Under the pieces are notes generated by a model. It made no database searches and had not been told where the DNA came from. It worked only from the letters and a program-made list of their open reading frames with translations. From Pseudovirgaria hyperparasitica (Eukaryota): a DNA stretch of 64,000 nucleotides. The stretch lies in assembly GCA_010093815.1 (NCBI GenBank), contig ML996565.1; one strand, 5' to 3'. Made by a program: the position numbers and the translations under genes. Below, piece after piece: positions 45,523-56,683 of this stretch (its first letter is position 1; every line of letters starts with the position of its first letter).

Positions 45523-46287
45523 CTATTTGCCACGTCCCACCTCTTCGATGACTCGCTTGAGGTTCTGTAAATCATGCGCAAATCGACCGAGAAACAATCC
45601 ATCAACACCATCTGCAAGCGCTTTATATGTGCCAGGCCCGGCGCTGCCACCGTAGAGAATTCTTGTACGTCCCTTTCTGTTGGCGACCATATGCCTGATT
45701 GCTTTCGTCACGTAAACGACATGGTCTGCATCGGCAGGCTTCGCCGCACCAATTGCCCATACTGGTTCGTAGGCAAGTATGAGATCTGAATCGTCCGGCG
45801 CCGCTGCGAGGATTGCTTTTACCTGTTTCTCACATTCTGCTATGGCAGTCCCGACAGACTGCGATGCACTCGCACCACGCTCCTTCTCTCCAATGCATAC
45901 CAAGGGTGTGAGCCCGTTACGCGTCGCAGCTGTTACTTTTCTAGCCGTCGTCTCATCTGTTTCGCCAAAGCGAGCTCTTCTCTCTGCATGACCAAGCTCA
46001 ACAAGTGAAGCACCAGCCTGCTTGATATTCAAGGGCGATACCTCGCCAGTATGTGCGCCAGCATCTTCCCAGTACGAGTCCTGTACTCCGACCATAACGT
46101 TTGTGTCTTTTAATATTTCAACGGCGGTGCAGACACTGAGAAAGTCTGGAATGACGAAGAGGTCGACGTCTACTTCTTGAGCATCTTTGTCTAACTTGGC
46201 GATGCCCTCGATGTATTCCTGGGTTCGATGCAGGTCAAAGTACATTTTCAGGCTCGTGCCGACTATGCGGCGTTTGTGAGGCACCAT
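45523..46287 (-). CDS. Divergent triosephosphate-isomerase-family protein (TpiB-like), intronless
   Basis: GTSLKMY in place of canonical GNWK, GAHTGEVS, ELGHAERR, CIGE, AYEPVWAIG, ILYGGS, DGLFLGR. Confidence 0.88.
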   Translation of the reverse strand: MVPHKRRIVGTSLKMYFDLHRTQEYIEGIAKLDKDAQEVDVDLFVIPDFLSVCTAVEILKDTNVMVGVQDSYWEDAGAHTGEVSPLNIKQAGASLVELGHAERRARFGETDETTARKVTAATRNGLTPLVCIGEKERGASASQSVGTAIAECEKQVKAILAAAPDDSDLILAYEPVWAIGAAKPADADHVVYVTKAIRHMVANRKGRTRILYGGSAGPGTYKALADGVDGLFLGRFAHDLQNLKRVIEEVGRGK

Positions 46288-47185
46288 GCCGATTGGATGC
46301 AGTGAAATGATTTTCGAGTGCTGGTCTTCAGGAACGGAGAGAAACGGGGGAGAGATTCTCGATATTGAGAGGTGTTGACGCAGTAGGATAAGGCTTTGGG
46401 GGCCTACTGACGGTTAGGAGGCTGAATTTGCGGAATATCGGTCTCGGTAAACCGATGAAGTAGGCCGCACGTGGGTGAGATAGCAATAAAGTTGCTTTCA
46501 TGTCAAATGAACCCCTCTACAGCATCCGGAAGAAGATGCCTTCCCAGAACCGGAGAATTGGACGGTTGTGAGCCGGAGTCGGAGCCGACGTAGTGAAATC
46601 GAATTTACCGGCGTGCGCAGGCATCATGAAACAGAAAACACCGTCCGCCAAAGCTCAAAGTCCGAATGACCCCCGTCCGCGTCTTGGCTCCTCCCCCGCT
46701 GTGGAACGTCGTTAGTTATGCAAACTTTGACGTGGTTAGTGGTGACAGCGGGTGCTCACTGCTCACCACTCAGCGCAAACTCACCGCGGGGTGATCTTCG
46801 GTGACCGATTGATCGTCTCTTACGAGAAATACTTTACCTCTAGAATTACCCACCGCCAACTACTATCACTACTACTATTTCTGTGACCTCTGACCTCCAC
46901 CCTCTCCTGCTCTTCATCCTCTTAGTGGTACATGCAGCGGGATCTAGCTGATCGTTGGGCCCGCGCTCGATATCTAGGATAGCAAACAGTCAGTCGCTCT
47001 ATAGGAGGAGAACATCTTCGACCACTCTTCCTATAAATTGAGGTATATAACTTCCAGTCAGCCTTCGTGTTGTCTATGGCTCGATTCTCGCTAAATATGC
47101 TTATAGGCGAAGACATACAGCGTCAATTGCCTCAAAGCCCGTCTGAACCCTTTCTTCTATATACGACTCGATTTGTACCTTCGCC

Positions 47186-49122
47186 ATGCATATCTCCGAA
47201 AAGCTCGCCGAGTCCAGGGAGGCCGGCAAGACGACTTTTTCCTTCGAGTTTTTCCCTCCTAAAACTGCCCAAGGTGTTCAGAATCTATACGATCGAATGG
47301 ACCGCATGCACGGTCTAGGCCCTTCTTTCATCGATGTGACATGGGGTGCTGGCGGCCGCAATTCACAACTCACCACAGAAATGGTCAATGTGGCGCAGTC
47401 GGTCTATGGCTTGGAAACGTGCATGCATCTGACTTGCACTGACATGGAGCAATCAAAGCTAGATGAGGCTCTTGCTGATGCCTATAAAGCTGGCTGTACA
47501 AACATATTGGCACTTCGTGGTGATCCGCCCCGCGAGAAAGAGAAATGGGAAGCAGTACAGGGAGGCTTCCGCTATGCCCGTGACCTTGTCAAGTACATCA
47601 AGCAGAAATACGGCAATCATTTCGATATTGGCGTAGCCGGATACTCTGAGGGTTGTGACGATAATGAGGATATCGACGAGCTCATCGATCATCTCAAAGA
47701 GAAAGTTGATGCCGGAGGCACCTTCATCGTCACACAGATGTTCTATGACGTAGACATATTCATTGAGTGGATGAAGAAAGTTCGTGCAAAAGGCATCACT
47801 GTTCCAATAATTCCCGGAATAATGCCTATTCAAACTCACGCGGCGTTTCTCCGACGAGCGAATTGGTCCAGATGCGTCATCCCAGAGCATTGGACCAAGG
47901 TCTTGGAGCCGGTAAAGAATGACGATGCTGAGGTAAGGAGAATTGGAACTGGTCTTTTGGCTGAGATGTGTCGACGTCTGATCGAGGCTGGCGTTTCTCA
48001 TTTGCATTTGTAAGTTCCTTTTCCTACGACACGGGTTGTAAACCTGCTCACGAGATAGTTACACGATGAATCTTGCTCAGGCCACGCAGATGGTCCTTGA
48101 AGAACTCAAGCTGATACCAGATGTGGGTGAGAAGCCTTTGCCATGGCGCCAATCCCTTGGGCTCAACCGTCGCGACGAGAACGTCCGTCCAATATTCTGG
48201 CGAAATCGCAATCACTCGTACATTGCACGTACTCAGGAATGGGATGAGTTCCCAAATGGTCGATGGGGCGATGCGCGATCACCAGCTTATGGCGAACTTG
48301 ACTCGTACGGTATTGGTCTGAAAGGGACCAACGAGAGCAACATCAAGTTATGGGGTCACCCCAGCTCCCTAAGGGATATTTCCAACTTGTTCGTCAAGTA
48401 TATGCAAGGAAAATTGTCAAGTCTGCCCTGGAGCGAATCTCCCATCACAGCAGAAGCGGATTCGATCAAGGACCACTTGGTGGAGCTAAATCAACGCGGC
48501 ATCATAACTATCAACTCTCAGCCAGCAGTCAATGGTGTAAAATCATCAGACCCGGTTTATGGCTGGGGTCCAAAGAACGGATATGTTTACCAGAAAGGCT
48601 ATCTGGAGGTTCTCATATCACCGGAGCTCATTGCTGAAGTCATTACCAGAATCGAACGCGATCCCGACATGACTTACTATGCAGTCAACAAAACGGGTGA
48701 TTTGAAGACCAATGCGCCAGACGATAGTGCGAATGCCGTCACGTGGGGCGCATTTCCTGGTAAGGAGATCGTCCAACCTACCATTGTCGAGACGATAAGC
48801 TTTTTGGCTTGGAAAGATGAATTTTACCGCTTGGGCGAAGATTGGGCTCACTGTTATGACGCAACAAGCTCATCGAGATACCTCATCCAGGAGGTCGTAG
48901 ACACTTGGTACCTTGTTAACATAGGTGGGGTCAGTCATCCCATTGGAATGAACGAACTGACATATAGTGACAGTCCATAACGATTACCACATATCTGATG
49001 GCATATTCCCACTTTTTAGTGGTCTTGAAGTCAAAGACCTAGACAAAAAAACTTTCCCTCCGCCGACCAACGGCGACCATACAAGCAACGGAGTTGAGGG
49101 GGTCAATGGGGTACAGCTATAA
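47186..49122 (+). CDS. MET13: Methylenetetrahydrofolate reductase (introns ~48010-48058 and 48925-48973)
   Basis: FSFEFFPPKTAQGVQNLYDRMDRM, FIDVTWGAGG, CMHLTCT, LALRGDPPR, VTQMFYD, regulatory-domain WDEFPNGRWGD, TINSQP, NAVTWG. Confidence 0.96.
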
Positions 49123-50069
49123 AGCTTTACACCATACTCATTCTTTCCTTTAAAGTCTCCCACCTAGTCCCTACTTACCTGTAGCGCTTTTCATTCAACC
49201 AGCATAAAGCGAGGCGTCGGGGTAATTTCAACAATTTTCAACATTAACGGGCGATCTGAAAAAACAGCATCTTTCAACATGCCCTAAGACACTGATCAAC
49301 CTGCTTGTATCACCACAAAAGCACAATTTAACATCCGCATAGGAGGGCGTCTAATTCAACAATGACAGCATGAGCGACGGTATGATGAAGGATCCCAGCA
49401 GATAGGGGACCCTGTCACCCTGAAGTGACGACAGGCCTTCAACGGTCACTGACTATTCAGACACGTATAGTCCCAAATGAAAGATATACATTCAATGTCA
49501 TATCATTCAGTAACTAGTCTTTCTTGTTCGTATCGTACATCGTTGCACATTCCCTTGCCTTCGTTCAGAGTCTATTTTCAACTGCGCCTTGTGGCTTGGC
49601 TACTGACGCTGTAGCTCATGCAATGCATAACGAATAGATGCTGCACAGTGACCTAGCTTACAGCCTATCATTTACTACACCAGGGGAGCCCCTAGACGAG
49701 ACATGTGTTGTTCAGAACGCTTCTTTATCTCATAACCTCAGTATGGTATCGCAATGGTTTAGAGTTCAGCTCTCAACATTTATTGATTGCTAAGTTTATC
49801 ACAGAGCTCATTGGCACAGACTGGAGGGTTTGATTGGCAAGCCTTGCACCCGGCAGATGCAGTGCGATATGTCAAGTCTGCTCGGCGAGTCTCGGTCCGT
49901 TTCGCAAGGCTGCGACCTCAAGCGCCAGGGTCTTGAAACATTCTTGCATATGCTTTACAGCCACCGCAATATTGATCATTGGGGTGGGCTGACAATTTAT
50001 ACTTAAGCAGTCCCGAGCTTCCGGTCGTGCCCGACTTTGTACCCCATTCCTATATTTCAGTTACACGCA

Positions 50070-51503
50070 ATGGCTCCTCGGCGCGTGTCTCATTGTGAAG
50101 ACCCGGATTCCGATAAGGAAGCAGGCAGAGACAATGATATCTACATTGATGACAACGAGACATTCAAATCAAAAATCCACAATGCTTTAGGACCCACATC
50201 ATGGGAGATAGATATGGGCCCCCAAAATGTCAATCTCCCCAATGGTCGACGTACAGCAGTACAGTCTGCATCAGGTCTATTGACACCGCCAACAACGCCG
50301 CTCAAGAACGCCTCAACTTATACACCGTCCCCTAGAGCTTCTTCCGCCAGAACGTCTCCATATTCATCAAAAGTACGAATTAGAGCCAAGAGATCTTCAG
50401 AGCCCACGACACCTTTAAATGCTAGAAACAGGGTTTCGGGGATAGAAAGCCCACCAGATCTCGAAACACTGGCACAAACAATAAGTGAACCCGGGAATAC
50501 GAACACCAATACTTGCCAAGTCCCTCCCTCTATCCCCATATCCTTGGAGAGCCCAGCAGCCACTCCTTCTCCACCCAGCCATTTTTCAAAGTCAACCACC
50601 CGCAGCGGTCGTGCGATTACGTCTCCTGCCGCACCGAAAGTCGAACTTCCTCACCCATCATCCCCCAGCAAGAAGCACAAAAGTCCACAGTTGATCGATG
50701 AGCTACTCCGTAAAAAACTTCTATCGCCCATAACAAAGAAGCGGGACTCCCAACATGGCCATATTTATATCCTCAAAAGTCCTAGCAACCCCTCGTTGGT
50801 GAAGATCGGATACAGCGAAGTTCCTGCCTCCCGGTTCGAGACTCACACAATGAAATGTCTCTCCGACCTCGAAGATATCGGGACCGCCTTAGGCGTTACC
50901 ACTGACAACTTCAAACATGCTTATGTGGCGGAATGTCTCGTTCATCTAGAGCTACTTAATTTTAGGGCTCAGGTTAAATGCAGGTGCCTAACAAAGCATA
51001 AAGAGTGGTACGAGATTTCGATCCCTCATGCAGTGTGTATTGTGCAACGCTGGATCAAGTTCGTTCGCCAGCATCCCTTCACCACAGATGACCGACTCAA
51101 TGACTACTACCTTGAACGCCTGAAGGTCATGCCAAGTCCTCTTCCAAATGAACTTTTCGACCACCACGAGCCGCGGCATGAGAGATGGAGTAAAGTACTT
51201 TCAGATCAGGGGTATTATCTGTTCAGTGTGAAGCATTTCCTCTGTGCTCCGCTATCAATGAAGACCACAACGCGGAGAGGCTTTCTGTGGCATCGTCGGT
51301 GGGTGATTGGTTGTGTGTTGGAGGGTTTAGTGAATAGTCTGTGGCCCGGCTGCTTTCTGATGTCTCTTCTGTGGATATCTGGATTTGTAGTGCTTGAAAC
51401 GGTGATTGAAGTGGTGTTTATAGTAAACAGAGAAGCAGCGGGCTATTCGTACGTCTATTTGACCTGCCCTTCCAGAAATAATCACATACGCATCAAACAG
51501 TAA
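50070..51503 (+). CDS. T5orf172/Mug113 (GIY-YIG-related) domain protein
   Basis: S/P/T-rich N-terminal half, then GHIYIL...LVKIGYS...RFETH..KC, AECLVHLEL, CRC..KHKEWYEI, and a hydrophobic C-terminus. The 3' end may be spliced differently. Confidence 0.8.
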   Translation: MAPRRVSHCEDPDSDKEAGRDNDIYIDDNETFKSKIHNALGPTSWEIDMGPQNVNLPNGRRTAVQSASGLLTPPTTPLKNASTYTPSPRASSARTSPYSSKVRIRAKRSSEPTTPLNARNRVSGIESPPDLETLAQTISEPGNTNTNTCQVPPSIPISLESPAATPSPPSHFSKSTTRSGRAITSPAAPKVELPHPSSPSKKHKSPQLIDELLRKKLLSPITKKRDSQHGHIYILKSPSNPSLVKIGYSEVPASRFETHTMKCLSDLEDIGTALGVTTDNFKHAYVAECLVHLELLNFRAQVKCRCLTKHKEWYEISIPHAVCIVQRWIKFVRQHPFTTDDRLNDYYLERLKVMPSPLPNELFDHHEPRHERWSKVLSDQGYYLFSVKHFLCAPLSMKTTTRRGFLWHRRWVIGCVLEGLVNSLWPGCFLMSLLWISGFVVLETVIEVVFIVNREAAGYSYVYLTCPSRNNHIRIKQ

Positions 51504-53203
51504 AGCCATTGCTACAACACCTGTGACTCACCTCTACAGTGTGCAATTTCCGTGAACAATCGCAATCATACACGTCCTGTGACTTTTCAGATTAGGCAAA
51601 GTAGGAACGAGCATAATGACAACACTCAGAACATAATTTAACAGCACTGGAAGCACAAACATTTGCCACTCTATTGATAATATAGCTGACAGTCCCGATG
51701 CCTACACCTTAAATGGAATGTTCCGCAGTTTCAACATCACATCTCTTGGCATCAACAGCACATATTCAGCTTTCGTATCTACTAGCCAATAGATGCCCCT
51801 GATACCGACACTAAATTGACAAGACAATGATTCTGGCGGCACTCAAGGCAGCTTCTTGCTGCTAGAGCGGTGCCAAACTAATCCCTTGTACTGTATGTAT
51901 ATGGCGGTGACGACTGTTCAATCCCTTATAGCGTCGACAACCTCGCAAAATATCATCTGCATCTTTGCGGTGTCGAGTGACGACATTTGAAAAGTGCCGC
52001 TTATATATATATTCGTGTCCAGCTCAGGTCAGCTAGCCTTGCGAGGTACTATCTCAACGTACAATAATATGAACCGGACTCACTGCCAAATAGTTACAGC
52101 GCAACAACTCTTAATCAGGCACAGCAAATATAACAGAACGGCCACACTGTGTACGAAGTCATCCGTTGTTATCACAATGCTTACCTATTTCTGATCTGCA
52201 TTCATGATCCTTGGTAGGAACGAGACAGTTGATCTCGTTCCGACTGAGACAAAGCCTCTTATAATGTTTACAAAGAACTAGGTTGTCGCAATTCCCTTCT
52301 TCTCAGGGAGGACTTCCCCTACGTAGAGTACCGCACTATGTTGAGTTCTCGATATTTAGAGTCGCGTTATTCATAGTCGACTACTCTCGATTCATCCCTC
52401 ACAGGCCCTTCGTCGTAGGTCCTTTCATACCCTCGCATGGAACATTACCACATAACTTTTTCGACTGAACTCACTCGCGCAGTGAGTACGACTTGTATTT
52501 CAGAGAAATATTTGTCTTGACTCAGCGCAAGTAAGACTCTCATATATGTAATCAGGAAGGCAAATGCATCCATTTACGCATTACGACCCGCATTCCGACC
52601 GTGATCCCAATCCACCCTTCAACCCCAACTGTTTACAACTATGGTTGACATCCGGTACCATCCCAAGCACCCTGACTCATATCAAAATCGTATTGACTGA
52701 GTCACATCATGCAGCAATGCAAGTGACAAACAACAGTCGTGAAGATCCAACTAACAATGCCGACGCCAAAGAGATAAGTTTTGAACCGACATCACGCCCG
52801 AAGTCTTTGTCATCACCATCGCTGGGACAGGATATATCCCTGGGTAGTCCGCCATCTTTCCGAGTCAGCAAATCTCATCTTGATGCATATGCTGCTACTC
52901 ATGTCAGGACACAGCGCTACGCTTTCTCTTTGGCATCTATCTACCCATTATTTCACAAATGGCAGACACACTCGTCTTCACCATTTTTTGGGAAATAATA
53001 TGCTCCTCTTTTCTAGCACACGTTATAAGAAGGTCTCGTTTCGAAATGTGGGCCACAGTCTCTTCTTTTCTCCTCATACAATCTTGATTTTGCGCATTCA
53101 CACTGGATGCACCTTCAGCCGCTCGTAAACAAATTGGAACTCTAAAAAGAGAGAGCGACTTCGTCCTGTGTAACCTTTAACACCATTGTCATCAGCTGGC
53201 TGG

Positions 53204-55775
53204 ATGGGTCGCGCTGAGATTCCTCCCGGGAGACATGATCTCAGACGCCAAGCACCAAGCAATTCAGGCCCAAGAGGGACAGGTAGAGCTCAAACAGTAG
53301 CAGCAGGAGCTCTAGGTCGTCGCCATATTGCGCCAACAAATCGAAACCTTGGTGATCTCAGGGGTAAGTATATGCCTGACTGATAAACATGAACCATGAA
53401 GCGAGAAGCTAACAGACCATATAGAAGGGGACGCTCATGAGTCTAGACAATCGACATATGACACGAATGATACCGTCCGATGTGGATCTTCCACCGCGTC
53501 TCACTACCAGAGTACTGCCATCTACACTAACTCTACGCCGAGAAGGGTACCGCAAACAGCCTCTGTCCTGGCGCGAGATAAAAGTAGCCTTGGTCCTGTA
53601 TCGACAAGTACACGACGTCACGAAACTTCGAGCGTTACCGACTACGGCCGAGCAGGAAGTACTGATCGTAGACATGTTTCAGTACCACCATTCTTTTCAA
53701 TCGCTTCACTCTTGGCCCCTAAAGGGCCCGAGAAAAGAGTACAGCAACAGATTCCTCCCACAGTGCAAAGTGGGAGCACAGGACGCTCGCCCAGACAGGA
53801 CGAGAACAGAGCTAGGGATGACCGTCACAGCTCAAGAGAGCATATTAAAAATGAAGCACCGGCGACTGTTAAAGAAAGCCCGGCTCAGTCACCAACAGAA
53901 CTGATGAAACCGCGCAAACGGAAGGGGCCAGATACCCTTTTCAGCTATGATGACGTTTCCAGTGGTCAGCATGTACCTTTCCAGGGTGGAACAGGTGTGA
54001 ACTGGGAATATTCGAAGCGACTTCGGCGGAACAATCCAAATCTCAATGACCCCTGGGTTGCACGAAAGGTTGAGGAAGGCATACAAAACTACTTGAAAGG
54101 GGAAGTTTATAAGCTCGATCCTGTGAATAGAAGGGAGCTCGATGAAATCGATGCATTCCTGCTCCGGGGGATCTATAGCCTGAGGAGGCTGGACCTGACA
54201 CTTGGAGGCGTTGACATACGCTCAACAGAAAGTATCAGGAACATCAGAGAGGATCTTCCGAAGTCCATGAAGCCGATTGGATACATGAACAAAGACATCT
54301 TCATCGAGACAGAGTCGGAATCTTGCGTTTCCGCCCTCAGAGATATTGAAGCCCAACAGACGGTCTCGCCAGTGTCTCGCCGCTTTATTTTCTGGACCGA
54401 TGCGTCGCGGTTTACGAACCCCTTTCGAGCGGGTATCTCAGTGGTGTGGAAGTACAACAGGAAGTGGGAGGCCGCTGGCTATAACATCCAGGAGCCACAA
54501 GAAGTAGAGTTTTTTGAGAGCGTTGCAGTCGCAAAAGCACTCAGAAATGCCTATGCTTACCTGGAAAACTCAGGTCCACCACCATATAGCTACGACACAG
54601 TGGTCATATATACCGATTGTGAGCGGGTCTTGAGAGATCTGGCTCGGGATCATCCCGAGTACCCCCAGTGTCACTTTGCAAGACATGAAATATGGTATTG
54701 GACGAGTATGATTCGCAGCTTGAAACTCACAGTCGAGTTCCGTTGGATCAAGTCTCACGTCAAGATATGTGGCAATGATCTAGCCGACAGGATTGCGAAG
54801 CAGGCTGCGAATTGGGTGAAACCCAAGGGAGCCTCAACAGTACGAGGTGGATTAAAGTCATCTGGTCACAGGTTAGGTACGCAGCTTGCGCCATCATCGC
54901 CGGCCCTGGCGGTCACCAATAGCATTCCGAAGCAGGGCACAGGACTCAACATGCCACCGGAACAAATTCACAACTCGTCTCCACTCCTCCGCCAAACCTT
55001 GAGTGATTTTGACGCCACCTTGAATGAAGACAACTCACTTGCTAAGTTGGTCAACGATCGGACTATATGGGCCCGCAGAAGCTCGCGACATTCCGGGGTC
55101 CCATCACAGACAGGGCTTTCAGGGGCTCCCCAGTTGAACCCAGTATCTTTTCCAGATACAATGAACGTGAAGATACCAAGTGACTCCCGAGTCGCAGAGC
55201 AGGAAGAGGCGAAGAAGACCGAACATAGAAAAGAAGTGTCGTCTCAGGGACCAATCTCTATCAGACCGGATGATCCGCCAAAGACACAAGCTACAAGACG
55301 GAACATGTCCCTCAAGGACTACATATCCCGTAAGAAGCTTACTCAGGCATCTCCTTCCGGTAGTTTGTCTCTAGAGCTATCTTCCCCAACATCGTTCTCC
55401 CAGGAGTCAACTTTGGTCAGTCCTGACAATTCGTCCTATTCAAGTACCCTTGGCAACTATACGCCATCAAAGGAGCCCAAGGACAGCAGCATCGCAGGAG
55501 GACTGTGCTCTTCTCCAGGGACGACTTCTCCTACCGTAGCCTCGCAAGATTCCACCTTAATTGGCTCGAGTGCTTCGCCTTCCTTTCAAGCCAAGAACAG
55601 TCAAAGCGGCTCGAGTATCCTGCAAGACAACAATAATTCAGGCGAGACCGATTCTTTCGACAAGTCCTACAGTCCTCTAGGTTACAATTCGATCGCTAGG
55701 CTCGACTTCGGATCAAAAGGGTCGCCCGAGAATGCTGTACACATGGACAACACCTCCCTCAGCAAAGACAACTAG
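53204..55775 (+). CDS. RNase H1-domain protein of non-LTR-retroelement type, ~839 aa (exons 53204-53363 and 53416-55775)
   Basis: GTAAGT...GCTAACAG intron joins exon 1 in frame to the 687-aa ORF. Domain at ~54385-54810: IFWTDAS, FFESVAVAKAL, VIYTDC, WIKSHVKICGNDLADRIAK. Confidence 0.82.
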
Positions 55776-56683
55776 CTCGGACGGTAAACCTCTGAGCGAA
55801 ATCAACGACAACACTAGTAAGCCATAATGAAGAAAGACGAGAGTTCGAAGAAAGTGTCCCACCAAGAGTGTTGGTGCCATTATGCGAAAAGACTTGGAAA
55901 CGACGATGTGAGAATGGACATAGATTTCCGTCAATGTACAGTGCGAACGTTACATGTAAGCAGATGCGAACGGCGTTACAGCAGTCTGAGATCAGACATC
56001 ATACAGTAGTAGTATAACGGAGTGGGCTCTGTAAATGCTATGACTTGTTTTCTTGGCATGTTCGAAAGCGAGCTTGGGATTTGTAATGGATGAGACTTTA
56101 TAAGTGAATGCTGGGGTTTCTGTGTGGCCAGAGTATCATCAGAACGTAACTTAGTCCCAGGTTTGTAATGTAATTAGTTCTGTAAATGACTTTGAAAATA
56201 ACTTCTATGCGTATTTAGTATACGTGGCATCCGAGGAAGGTATCTTGAAGTCTTCCGTTTTGTCTATCTAGCCCCCTGAATGGTCTGATGCTTAAGCAAA
56301 CTTGCTAGGGATGAAGTCTTTCACCAATTGACTCAAGCTATGGAGGAAAACAGAATATACGCGAAAGGGTCATACTGTATGAGTCTACATCCTACCCTTG
56401 GATGGTCGTAACAAATAATCACACTCATTGTATCAAGTCTTCGTGTTCAATAATTCTACATTTTCTACCTTTACTATCTGCCAAGAAGCAATAACAATCC
56501 CGATGGATCGCAGGAACTTGAACATTACTTGCACGATTTCATAACATTAACATCTTACTAATCTCATAGACTACACGCTTTTGGTGTACTTTTAATCGAC
56601 AACCAAGATTATTACCAAACCGCACAAAACCGCCATAGACATCCAATTTTCTGGCACCAAACAGTCTCACAACATTCATTCAT

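Noticed and set aside
5487..49122. FAU1 and MET13 as a folate gene cluster
   Set aside because: About 41 kb apart with many unrelated genes between them.
52564..53128. ORFs of 144 and 115 aa upstream of the RNase H gene
   Set aside because: No domain and no supported splice link to the downstream gene.
53204..55775. Intact LINE or LTR retrotransposon
   Set aside because: No reverse transcriptase, endonuclease, integrase, LTRs, poly(A) tail or target-site duplication visible.
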